Assembly (NCBI GenBank): GCA_963514005.1
Contig: OY740787.1
Coordinates: 69,378,001 to 69,442,000, forward strand
Reading direction: 5' to 3'
DNA length: 64,000 nucleotides
Source of the DNA: Raja brachyura
Lineage: Eukaryota
Shown here: piece after piece, positions 12,892 through 24,440 of the stretch
Layout: every line of letters begins with the position of its first letter
Position numbering within the stretch: the stretch's first letter is position 1
Translations under genes and position numbers: made by a program
Notes under the pieces: generated by a model
Told to the model about the DNA's origin: nothing
Database searches by the model: none
The model's input: only the letters and a program-made list of their open reading frames with translations

Positions 12892-12981
12892 GTAAAAATA
12901 TGGTTCCAAAACCAACGACAAAAAGAGAAAAAACTTCTTCGTGTGCACCAAACGACGCATCCAAGTTGCCTTGGCCTGTAA
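12892..12981 (+). CDS. hoxd14: HoxD14 exon 3 (helix 3 and stop)
   Basis: Acceptor ttttcag|. Encodes VKIWFQNQRQKEKKLLRVHQTTHPSCLGL*. WFQNQR and the intron inside the homeobox are PG14 hallmarks. Confidence 0.93.
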   Translation, partial: VKIWFQNQRQKEKKLLRVHQTTHPSCLGL

Positions 12982-13631
12982 AATGGAACACCTTTACTCA
13001 AAGAAAGCAGTTTACAAAATATTGTTTCCAGCATGTCATGCTCAAAACCTCTCTTCAGATAAACACAAACCTAAACCATTCATCGTGCAGCTGCATTTTC
13101 ATGTATTTTACACAACTGCCCACATGAAAAAGTTATATTTAACCATAATATAAGATTTACCGTTCATTTTGCATTGAACACTATTTACAGGTTGGCTTTG
13201 TTAAACATAGGAAACGAGGAATAATAACATCATCATTTTAGTTCTTAATATCATGATATTCCGCATGATTTTCAAATATATATATTATCTCGAAACTATT
13301 AATTTTAACATGTATATGACTCTTTAGAGTGAGATAATTGCTTTTCTGAGGGTTATGTTTTGTATTAAAATGATTTTGTCAATAAAGGTTGAAGAAGAAG
13401 TTACAGATGAATGTTTGAAAAAATTAATTTTTTTATTTTCAAATTTAAAATAATTTGAAACATTGAATATGTAAAGTAATTCAATGTACTAACATGTATT
13501 TTAATAAAATTGCCAGCTTTGTACAGGCGCTATATTGCAGTTGATTTACATTCGAAACAGTGTTTTTTCCTCTTTCAAACAAAATGCAATATGTACAAAA
13601 CAGAATTTATTGGTTGAGGACAAAAGTGGCT

Positions 13632-14925
13632 NNNNNNNNNNNNNNNNNNNNNNNNNNNNNNNNNNNNNNNNNNNNNNNNNNNNNNNNNNNNNNNNNNNNN
13701 NNNNNNNNNNNNNNNNNNNNNNNNNNNNNNNNNNNNNNNNNNNNNNNNNNNNNNNNNNNNNNNNNNNNNNNNNNNNNNNNNNNNNNNNNNNNCGCACCCA
13801 GCCCCTCCTGCCTGTGTCCCAGCCTGCCTCCCTCCCTGCCTCCCAGCNNNNNNNNNNNNNNNNNNNNNNNNNNNNNNNNNNNNNNNNNNNNNNNNNNNNN
13901 NNNNNNNNNNNNNNNNNNNNNNNNNNNNNNNNNNNNNNNNNNNNNNNNNNNNNNNNNNNNNNNNNNNNNNNNNNNNNNNNNNNNNNNNNNNNNNNNNNNN
14001 NNNNNNNNNNNNNNNNNNNNNNNNNNNNNNNNNNNNNNNNNNNNNNNNNNNNNNNNNNNNNNNNNNNNNNNNNNNNNNNNNNNNNNNNNNNNNNNNNCGC
14101 ACCCAGCCCCTCCTGCCTGTGTCCCAGCCTGCCTCCCTCCCTGCCTCCCAGCNNNNNNNNNNNNNNNNNNNNNNNNNNNNNNNNNNNNNNNNNNNNNNNN
14201 NNNNNNNNNNNNNNNNNNNNNNNNNNNNNNNNNNNNNNNNNNNNNNNNNNNNNNNNNNNNNNNNNNNNNNNNNNNNNNNNNNNNNNNNNNNNNNNNNNNN
14301 NNNNNNNNNNNNNNNNNNNNNNNNNNNNNNNNNNNNNNNNNNNNNNNNNNNNNNNNNNNNNNNNNNNNNNNNNACCCCCTGCCTGGCCTNNNNNNNNNNN
14401 NNNNNNNNNNNNNNNNNNNNNNNNNNNNNNNNNNNNNNNNNNNNNNNNNNNNNNNNNNNNNNNNNNNNNNNNNNNNNNNNNNNNNNNNNNNNNNNNNNNN
14501 NNNNNNNNNNNNNNNNNNNNNNNNNNNNNNNNNNNNNNNNNNNNNNNNNNNNNNCGCACCCAGCCCCTCCTGCCTGTGTCCCAGCCTGCCTCCCTCCCTG
14601 CCTCCCAGCNNNNNNNNNNNNNNNNNNNNNNNNNNNNNNNNNNNNNNNNNNNNNNNNNNNNNNNNNNNNNNNNNNNNNNNNNNNNNNNNNNNNNNNNNNN
14701 NNNNNNNNNNNNNNNNNNNNNNNNNNNNNNNNNNNNNNNNNNNNNNNNNNNNNNNNNNNNNNNNNNNNNNNNNNNNNNNNNNNNNNNNNNNNNNNNNNNN
14801 NNNNNNNNNNNNNNNNNNNNNNNNNNNNNNNNNNNNNNNNNNNNNNNNNNNNNNNNNNNNNNNNNNNNNNNNNNNNNNNNNNNNNNNNNNNNNNNNNNNN
14901 NNNNNNNNNNNNNNNNNNNNNNNNN
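13632..14925. repeat. Mostly N-masked C-rich minisatellite / low-complexity array
   Basis: An identical 55-nt unit CGCACCCAGCCCCTCCTGCCTGTGTCCCAGCCTGCCTCCCTCCCTGCCTCCCAGC is visible at 13793, 14098 and 14555 between N runs. Confidence 0.75.
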
Positions 14926-15069
14926 CTTGTCTGTCTGTCTACATAATGCTCAACGTTAGAGAATCAAACATCGTTTCGATTATGTTTCTCGTGTCTTTAT
15001 TTCTGAATTACGATGCAAAAAATAACACCAAGGATTAAATTTAAGTTGAAGCACTATATTCAGATACCT

Positions 15070-15189
15070 AAGGTAGACAAAATGCTGGAGTAACTCAGCG
15101 GGTCAGGCAGCATCTCTGAAGAGATGGAATGGGTGACCATTCTTGAGAATATTCCGGTCCTTCTTCAGAATATATTCTTCAGAATATTC
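15070..15189 (-). mobile_element. Rearranged PLE-like repeat copy with 14-bp flanking direct repeat
   Basis: Family core GCTGGAGTAACTCAGCGGG...GGAATGGGTGAC; ATATTCAGATACCT at 15056-15069 and 15190-15203. Confidence 0.8.
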
Positions 15190-15451
15190 ATATTCAGATA
15201 CCTGTTACATGTACTCAAATAAAAACTTAGAGAGATAGTAATCTTCGCATTAATCAGAAAGAACACAGATCGTTATTCGCCAATTAAACCGGAATCACTT
15301 GTCATGCGGCACCGTTTTCAAATGTATGACTAAAGGTCTAGCCAACAAAACACTTCATGAGCAATGACTGCCATACCGGGTCATCTTTTATGTGGAGCAG
15401 ATAATTTGTAAACACTGTCGTCCTACCGTTGAACAGTATTGTCGAATGAAT

Positions 15452-15550
15452 GAAGACACAGTGCAGATGCTAGAATCTTGAGCAAAACACAAAGTTCTGG
15501 AAGAACTTAGTAGGTCAGGATTAGTGGAGGACAAGCATTGGCGACGGTTC
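15452..15550 (-). mobile_element. Older, degenerate relative of the same repeat family
   Basis: TGCAGATGCTAGAATC...ACACAAAGTTCTGGAAGAACTTAGTAGGTCAGG aligns loosely to TGCAGATGCTG...ACACAAAGTGCTGGAGTAACTCAGCGGGTCAGG. Confidence 0.55.
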
Positions 15551-15635
15551 TGCTTGGGTAACTTTCCGATTGTCTTTAACTATGGATGCGCGTTTGGTTG
15601 CATGTATTTATGTAAGCATATACGTATGTATGCGT

Positions 15636-15738
15636 CGAAGGTAGACACAAAGTGCTGGAGTAACTCAGCGGGACAGGCAGCATTTCCGGAGAGAAGGGAT
15701 GGGTGACGTTTCGGGTCGAGACCCTTCTTCAGACTGAT
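15636..15738 (-). mobile_element. PLE-like repeat copy with intact hammerhead-like core
   Basis: - strand AGT-CTGAAGA-A-GGGT-CTCG-ACCC-GAAA-CGTC-ACCCAT (core 15705-15732). Confidence 0.85.
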
Positions 15739-15870
15739 GTATAAATGCGTCTGCCTTTCTGCTTGTTTAGCAGGCTATCAGCGTGTCAATCTATTCAATT
15801 TCGAAGTCTGCTTCATGTTGAGTTCTGCCTTGAGCATTTGGTATTCTTTACATATTTTCAGCTTTATGTA

Positions 15871-16037
15871 AAGGGTCTCAACCCGATACGTCACCCATTC
15901 CTTCTCTCCAGAGATGCTGTGTGTCCCGCTGACTTACTTCAGGAAGAAGGGTCTCGACCCGAAACGTCACCCATTTTTCCTCTCCAGGGATGCTGCATGT
16001 CCCGCTGAGTTACTCCAGCATTTTATGTCCACCTTCG
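15871..16037 (+). mobile_element. Tandem dimer of the PLE-like repeat, inverted relative to the 15636 copy
   Basis: AAGGGTCTCAACCCGATACGTCACCC at 15871 and AAGGGTCTCGACCCGAAACGTCACCC at 15947 (76-nt offset). Confidence 0.85.
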
Positions 16038-16380
16038 CTTTATGTTAATTCGCTCGCTGATTTCCGAATAAAAAGTATACTTTCAATTTGTGTTTAGGTG
16101 GGACTTCAGTTCATAGGATATTATTGTGATTCTGCTCAGTATTATTTAACCCACTACACTAACGGCTGAATGTTTCACATGCTATGTTATATTCGATTAG
16201 AATGGATATTGATCATTATTCTATAACAAAGGAGTGATCAGCCTAATCCTCCACGTGCAATCAAATTATTTCATTAATACCTGTGGATTTATTTTCTGAT
16301 TGTGCTATCTGTTCTCTGAAATGTTACTTTTCGACTGTCGCGGTGTTTTCTCTCTTTCTCTCTCTCCATGTATTGTGACA

Positions 16381-16533
16381 TTGAGGTACTTTTAGATAGG
16401 AACACGATGTGCAGGGAATGGAACGGTGTGCATCACGTGCAGGCGGAGGATAATAGTTTAATTTAGCATCATTATTTGCGAGGACATTATGGGCCGAAAG
16501 GCCGGTTCCTGTGCTACACTGTTTTATATTCTA
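16381..16533 (+). mobile_element. 5'-truncated CR1/HER1-type LINE 3' end
   Basis: TTTTAGATAGG...GCAGGGAATGG...GGACATTATGGGCCGAAAGGCCGGTTCCTGTGCT. Shares the GGGCCGAAnGGCC 3' stem-loop with the SINE tail near 10010. Confidence 0.7.
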
Positions 16534-17462
16534 CGTGTTATTTAATGTCATGACTGTGTCAAAATCTTTTTTTTTAAACGATAAAGGATGTTGGCACCTG
16601 AATAATCCGTTCACATTTGTACTTGGAGTCTTTCCGCACACCTATTTTGCTTATGTCAGATAGTTTTGACTTTGTTATGTCTTTGGTTCGACGTTTAATA
16701 CCAACTGCAAAAGGTACAAATGGCCAAAAAGGTCATGGCCAGCAGACCCCCAGAGGAACAAACCCATCATTGTATCATTTGTCAGCGAAGAGCTTCCTTA
16801 CTGACGAAAAATAAACATGTCACCTCTTTTTTCGTCCTTTCATGGCATTCAAAATACCCGTCTGGAATTTGGTTACAACTTAACTTCGAATTGATGCCAT
16901 TGTATCTTGTGCATCTGCCTGAGTGGGCTGATGGGATTCCAGTTCAACCTCTCATTTGAAAGACGCTACTTCTGACAATGTAGCACATCGTCGACACGGT
17001 ACTAGAACATCAAACTAAAATGTTGTGCTCCAATGTAAGGAAGTTGTAGGAATCGATATTCTGCGAATGTGCGCGTCGAGATGTCTTAACTGCAATGCGC
17101 AAGATCACAGAAATTTGGGCTTAATTTGGTCTTAATTTAATTTTATCACCACATCCCAATATTTGCTGTGCATTAGCAGAGGGCCGTTTTTACAGATAGA
17201 TAAAACGGTACAATAATCAAAGAGAAACGCACTCCTCATTAGCTAATTACAATTAGATTCATTTGAATCAATGCTTGTCAGATGAAATCACCTTCAAATG
17301 CATTACACAGGATTAAAGGTTCCATCTCAAATGCCATTTGATTAAAAGGTACATAAAGCACCCAATTTCACTTAACAAATCAAGTCACAAAATACATTAT
17401 ATTTTGGTGTCATCTTTTTGCGCAGAGCAGATTATCCAAGACCATTATAGTCCGAAAATGAA

Positions 17463-17710
17463 GATACAAGGAATGGCAGATGGTGGAATTCTGCGTAGAA
17501 CAGAAAGTACTGGAGTAACTGCACAGGTCAGGCAACATACATGGAGAACATGGATATGTGAGGTTTCGGGACGGGGCTCATCTTTAGACAGTCTGAAGAT
17601 GGGTCCAGACACGAAATAGTGCGAAGAAGGATACCGACCAGAAACGTCACCTATCTATGTTCTCCGGAGATACTGCCTGGCCCGCTGATTTACTCCAGCA
17701 CTTTGTGTCT
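17463..17710. mobile_element. Diverged inverted pair of the PLE-like repeat
   Basis: - strand arm to about 17590, then + strand GTCTGAAGATGGGTCCAGACACGAAA and GAAGAAGGATACCGACCAGAAACGTCACC...CCCGCTGATTTACTCCAGCACTTTGTGTCT. Confidence 0.75.
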
Positions 17711-20699
17711 AATATTATAGTCCTAATAGTTAACAGTACTGCCGAGTGAAGGTTCCAATATTTTTTACATGGTTTTGTAGGCGAAAATTGTAAAAGACCA
17801 TAAAGGATTCCAGCTTACTTGTAATTCAGTATTGGAGTTCCATTGGAAACCCTACCATTTTTAACATCGATTATTAGACTGCTACGGACATGGAAAACAT
17901 CAGGGTCTACTTTTTATAAGAACATTTGAAATATAATCAATACATTAAATAGTCAATTGTGCAGGGCAATTCTTACCGTTTCGGAAGAATATTCATTAAC
18001 TTGTCTCTTCATCTCTGCCTATTCCTGGCAACGTTTTCCAGACCCGTAATTCGACTTTAATATTTGAAACCAGCATTCAATTTTGCCGCCCTGAAATTAG
18101 GTACGCCCACCAGCTCTGGACATCATAGCCACTTCTATGATAATTGCATTATGACAATTTACACATTCTCAACATTAATCAAGAGAAGGTAAAAAGTAAA
18201 TATTGGTTACTTTAAAATGAATACTGGGCCTGCACTCTTAACCAATTAACCATGTCGTGGGAGGTCCCCCGATGGCTCCTGTTGTACAATAGGAAAGGCC
18301 AACCATTTATGCTGAAGTGCACAAAACCTTAGTGAAGAACGTTACCGTGCAACAATCTTTCTTCAGGTTCATTAATGATCACGGGGAAACCGAATTTCCA
18401 GTATAGAATGCTTTCGAGGATGCGATGTCCTATAAGATATTGTTAAACATAGTTGAGAATGTTTAAGTAGAATATTGTCAATATAATTTGAATATTTGAG
18501 CTAATCCTTTTAAACACTAGACAGTGGGATTTATTTATCACGTCATCACTCTCAAGTAGAACGACTCACGGTGGTACTCTAGCATAATTGCAGTAGTGTA
18601 TAGATTTTTTTATCGTTTTATTTTGCAATTTTGAAATTCATTAAAATAGAGGTCAGAAGTATATTTGCATGCGCACCACTCCAATTCGACAGCTCACGCC
18701 TAGATTCTGCATTTTATGTGTATTCGAATTCTACGACCTTTCACGGGACATTTATTTCTGCTTATTGAAAAATGTATATCTATCCATAGGTAATACTATT
18801 CTGTTCTGGGATTAGATTTTGTTGCAAGAGGTGAATTCATTTCCATAGAAAATATATGATCCTCAAAGAATCTTCTGGTTTAAGATACTGTTTTAAACTC
18901 AAATGGAGGTCTTGGAATTGGATGCAGGCATATACGTTTTTAAGATGCAAACATTCCGTCGGCTGGATTTTAGCAGGCTCGCTCCCCACAACAAGAGTGC
19001 TACGTTTTTAGTATTTTCGTTGTGCGAACGAAGTATATTTAACAACCGCTTTTTTGATTTAGATAATGGCCTTAGTTTCCAAATTCTCTACAGATGCGCA
19101 GGCACAAACCGTAGAAATTTGTGATACTTGGGGCAGAAGGTATAGTTTTGTGGCTTGCAAAGTAGTAAATTACTTCCGTTGTTCCAACTCGAACACACGC
19201 ATATAGGTCGAGGCAGGAGGCGCTCATTTTAAGCGTTTAATCGGTTGCTAATGACGGTAGATTAAAGACATCTTTCGTTATCCTGATTATTGTTGATAGT
19301 TTAAATCCATTTTAGTTCTAAGTCCGCCATGTTTTCACGGTTATTATTGATGCAATTCGGCAATGTCGCAAAGAAAATCTATTTCATATCAGCGATTGTC
19401 AAAAGTTTATATTCAATTACATATATTGTGTCAGAAAAAAAATGTATACGGGGTAGCCAGGCCTTGATGGGAGTTTGTTTTGCATTTGCAAAATATTTCT
19501 GGAGAGTAATCTGGTTTCATTCAGGTATTAATATCGTCCATCGCGTTTGACAAAAAAGACATGTTTACGAGAATGTGTAGTCAAACGGGGCTTATATAAT
19601 CTGTTACATAGTCAGATTCACTTATGAATACCTGGATGTATATTATATCAATTGATCCTGCTTTTAAGAAGATGCCTGTTAACGTTAACAAAGTAAAGAT
19701 GATACTTTTGCATAATAACATAAAATTTACCTTGGGTGCAGCATAAATTGCATCGAATTGCTTCGCGTGAGCTGAATGGCCCCACCATTACTTTAAAAAA
19801 CATCTAAATGTGTAAAAACCTTCTGATTAGAATTAGAAACATATCTGACATACTATCAAATGAACGGAATTGAACTTGGTAATGGATACTGTCCATATGT
19901 GGGCATATATTACCCATATACAAGATATACTTAAGAACCGAAATATTGTTAATGCGTTAGGTTTATGATTCGCTCTATGGATCTTGCCATCCGGAATGAC
20001 ATTCAGCAAACATGTTAAACAATAACTACCTTATGCTACTTGCAGTAGCCCCAACGTCACGAAAACGGTGTAGAATTAACCAAATGCTGTGCGTTCGAAG
20101 CAAAAATACCCAAACTACAATTCTCAACACCATCCACAATGTGACTGAGAGAAGTTTTCTGTTTAAGTTTCCACAAGAATAGGAAACAATTAAAGAAAAT
20201 AATCCTGGATCCAAATAACACCCAATAAATGCTTTTAATGTTCATGTAAATCATCTGCTCGCTATATAACATTAACATTTTGCAAGGAAATACGACCAAT
20301 CTACTTGAATAAAATGGAGATTTATATTTGCCTCGATCGCCTCTGTATTTTTGATTTGATCTAGATACTGGCGATGCTTCAAGGCCACGTTCTTTGCCAT
20401 GATAAGTTGACCATGGGTCTTCTGGTGAAATCCTACTTGAATTCTTACTCAACTTGTTAATGAAAATGGCGTTTTACTTTTACAACCAATTGAATAAGCA
20501 AAGTAACACATCCCCTGTTTGTAAATTAGAGCCTCGTTTCACATAGTTCTACACGAATACTTGTCTTCAACCCATGATTGGACATATTAGAAATAAAACA
20601 TATATTTTAGAATCTGTTATAATTCGCACCTAACGTCATTTTTTCAAATTGTCACGTAACTCCCACGGAGCTGTGGAACTGCTTTTAACCGCTATTTAC

Positions 20700-20832
20700 C
20701 GTCCTTCTCTCTCTCCCCCGCCCCCCCCCCCTCTCCCCCCCCCCCCCCCCCCTCCCCGTCTCTCTCTCGCTCTCTCTCTCCCTCTCACTCTATTTTTCTC
20801 CTTGTTCACCCCACCCCACCCCCTCTCCACCT
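20700..20832. repeat. Poly-C/(CT)n polypyrimidine tract upstream of HoxD13
   Basis: Long C runs and CT repeats, flanked by GTCACGTAACTCCCACGGAG and a triple nuclear-receptor half-site. Confidence 0.8.
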
Positions 20833-23009
20833 TGACCTTGGCCTTCATCTACTTCCGGAAAGAACCCCTTTGTCTGCATACCAGAGATGCGAGCAACTTG
20901 AAAGAGCGACTTGTTTTTTTAAAATCCTCTCCTGCATTCCCCCTACTCCCGGATTTCTGAACAACAGCTACCCGAAAGCAAATGTTAGCATATGCTTTCT
21001 CCATTGCGAAAGTAGGAGCAACTCATTTCATATATATTTTGATACATAACGAGGGATGCCATTCGAATGGTCTTAAATAAACGAGCTGCATTTCTTTTCC
21101 AATTATACTTGGGTGCAAAGGATAAGCATTGAATTCGCTGTTCAGAAATAATTCTCTCTGATTTTTCTAAACACTTTTGTAGATTTGTCTCCAAATATTA
21201 GCGGAGTGTACCGCCAGATCAGGAAAAATGTGCATCTTTAAATGAAGAAAGTAAACCAAAGGATTCACAGAAATTAATGTATTTGAGTTAATGCAAAATC
21301 GTGGATTCCGCTTGTTTTCTAAGCACCGAATCTTGCAGGTAGATTCCGTTTTGTCTCACTGAAGTAACTGCTTGTATATTTATGTTATTTGCCCCGCCTG
21401 GGTGGAGGGATGGGGTCGCCAAGAATCGCCATTCAAAACGACTTTTAGAAATCTCGTCACAATCCTAATCTTGCTCCTATATGCGATATCTAATAGCTCC
21501 TATATACCATATCTAATCTAAATCATTGTTTCTCGAAAAGTGCCATGTTTCTGAGAGTAGCAACATGATCAAGACATTTGCTGGCGCACATAATCTAACT
21601 TTGGAGGGGTTGGGAGGACATCTTCTCTGTAAATGGCCAGCTCAGCCCTTCAGACTGCCACAATATTCCATGCTCACAACGAGATCACAGTCTTATTTCT
21701 TTCCACGATCCGATTAGTTGAATTATACCATTACCCTTTTTTTAGCTGCATATAATTCATAACCTTTATGTAAAATCTGTCGCTTTCTTCGTTTAAGCCT
21801 CGATGTGAATATAACATCTAGTGCGCGTACAAACAATCTTTAAACAGTGTATGGTTTGGTGTGATTTGATGTACTGCATTAGTCGTAACATGCATACGTC
21901 GTGTAAGTAAATTGTGGTAGAGAATTAGATAGACTTTTACATCACATTGCATTGTCCTCGGGCTTGCCATAATCTAAAGATGTTTTATTCCATATTATCT
22001 GGTATATATTTTCATGCTTCTTGTATGTTTCTGCCCTGAGGTCTGACATAACAATGAGGTAAAATGGGTCAGGCACTCGAATTATGCTAGCTTGCTCAAG
22101 CAAAAGCAAGGTATTTTTGAATCTTTGCTAAAGCGGGGTTTGTTAAGAAAACCTATGACTCTGAAATCATATTTTCGCCTACTTGACGCAAATAAGTTAA
22201 AGTTCTGGCACGATCATGTTGCGCTGGGCGAGTGGACAATTTGGAATAACAGCTTTTTCGTTACAAGATATAAAGATACAAGATATAAAACATTGCCCTC
22301 AAATGCTACCATGCAATGATTTCATGCGATTTATTTTTGTACCAAACATCAATAGCACAATGCAATGATAAAATATCAGTTCTGAGTGTGATTAAAGTGT
22401 AAATTTAAGTAACTGCATCTCAGTATTTATCCCCCATAATATAACATGCTTCTATAACCTGAATGGAAACCAGTGTAAGTGTAATCGATTTAAGGCTCAA
22501 TTAGTAAAAAGGAGAATATGTAATCTTTAAAATCTGCTTGACGCTGGCGGTATAGATAGGATTGGTATATGCAATCACATATTATGATGCAAAAATGGTT
22601 GCTGCCGAGATCTTCATCAGAATACAAGAAAAGACAAAATCGGTCACAAAACGTTGCCAATCCAATAATAACGCGTGATGATACCACAATTCCATTTTCA
22701 AAATGGATATGGCAATTTTCCAAAATGTCTTCAATACTTAATTTTAACTGATAATTCAGTCAAACAAACACCTGATGTGTTCGACACATATGTGTAACTG
22801 ATTCTTCAAATTGTAGAATACATTTATTAAGTTATCACTATTTTCCAATTTAAATCTCAGCTCTATCGCATCGGTTCAAGTGTTGACGAAGAAAAGGCGA
22901 TACACGTCAACAGTGCTGGATTATTTACTATTATTTTTTTGGGGGGTGGGGGGAACAATGATTTTAAGATCGGGAGCGGAGTGCAATGGGAACTGAAGGC
23001 AGATCAGTT

Positions 23010-23120
23010 GCGTTGCGTCACGTGGTTGGGATCGACCTATCGCGTTTCACTTGCGCAGTGCACTCTAATCAGTGAAAATAAGCACCTCTTCTCACTGCCG
23101 AGCCTGCTTTTATAAAGCAC
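23010..23120 (+). promoter_or_regulatory. HoxD13 promoter (E-box, TATA-like)
   Basis: GTCACGTGGTTGG at about 23017 and TATAAA at 23111-23116, upstream of ATG 23146. Confidence 0.5.
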
Positions 23121-23145
23121 TACTTAGTTTGCTGTGGGACGTGAT

Positions 23146-23830
23146 ATGACAGCTCTTCTTTCAGACCCTTGGAGGACTGATACTATCAGATACTTGCACA
23201 GCAGAAACGACGCGAATAAGCCGGAGATGGAAGGACTGGGTGGGAACGTCCCTTCAAATCAATGCAGGAATTTTCTATCTCCCTCTGCATTTGGAGCACA
23301 TCACAACTCTTTATCTTCGGGACCTGCTTACTCAGGCGGAGATCGGACGCATTCTGTCATTTCTGAATCAGCTAAGCAATGCAGCCCATGCCCAGCTCCT
23401 ACAAGCCCTCCAAATCCAGCTTTCAGTTACGGCTATCATTTTGGAAGCAGCTATTACAGTTGTCGAAATGTTGGTATACAGCAAAGTGGATTGAAACCTG
23501 GTGCTCATGCATCATTAGCCGGCTACCCAGTGGACAAATACATGGACGTTTCGGGGTTGACCAACAGTCCTGTCCCCACTGACGATGTATCAACTCGGGC
23601 AAAGGAATTTGCTTTTTATCAGAGTTACCCTAATCCATATCAACGGGTATCTAGTTATTTGGACGTTCCCGTAGTCCCTACCATAAGTGGCCACGGAGAG
23701 CCAAGGCATGAAGCCTTATTATCCATGGAGGGTTACCAGCCTTGGACATTTACTAATGGCTGGAATGGTCAAGTGTACTGTCCTAAAGATCAGACGCAGT
23801 CTTCACATTTTTGGAAATCGCCACTTTCAG
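23146..23830 (+). CDS. hoxd13: HoxD13 exon 1
   Basis: Encodes [58 protein letters not shown]. Donor TCAG|GTATCA, phase 1. Alternative start ATG at 23227. Confidence 0.95.
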
Positions 23831-24189
23831 GTATCATGAAATATTTTGCGCTGGATAATATATTCTGCTCTTTAACGTAAAATAAAGAAAAATAAACGAA
23901 ACTTCCATTTAGTTTATTTTACCTTTTCAGGAATTGTCTAGAGTTTTTTAATTTGCAAGATTTAAAATTATTAATGCATGGGGTTCATTTATCAGAATTA
24001 ATGTATGTTTGACCGAGTGCTGAAATGTCGCAAATGAGTTATCCAATGTACCCTGTAGACAAAGTATGTGAGTTGTCATTTTTATTTCTTTGTAACCTTC
24101 CCTCTGTCTCCTCCCTTTTCTTTTCCTGGCCCTTTTAACTGCAGCCGCTTGAAGTTTATGTTCTTATAATTTGCATTTTTCCCCCTCAG

Positions 24190-24440
24190 GAGATGTGATG
24201 CACAATCAGACAGATATAAACATTTACAGGCGAGGGAGGAAGAAAAGGGTTCCCTATACGAAAACGCAGCTTAAAGAACTCGAGCGAGAATATGCCACCA
24301 ACAAATTCATAACCAAGGAAAAAAGACGAAGGATATCTACAGCCACCAACCTCACCGAAAGACAAGTCACCATTTGGTTTCAGAACAGAAGAGTCAAGGA
24401 GAAAAAAGTCGTTTCCAAAGTCAAAGAAAATATACCTTGA
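24190..24440 (+). CDS. hoxd13: HoxD13 exon 2 (homeobox)
   Basis: Acceptor ctcag|. Encodes [65 protein letters not shown]. Confidence 0.97.

Noticed and set aside
13793-14609. Identical repeats separated by unknown sequence, superficially CRISPR-like
   Set aside because: Vertebrate Hox locus with no cas genes; the unit is low-complexity and the spacing is far too long.
13535-15038. Long 275-492 aa ORFs in the ORF track
   Set aside because: Artefacts of N runs, which contain no stop codons. The same applies to the ORFs at 99-353 and 52638-52963.
15200-23000. Additional Hox gene or pseudogene between HoxD14 and HoxD13
   Set aside because: No homeobox-like peptide in the supplied ORFs or seen by eye; the short ORFs are repeat-derived or random.
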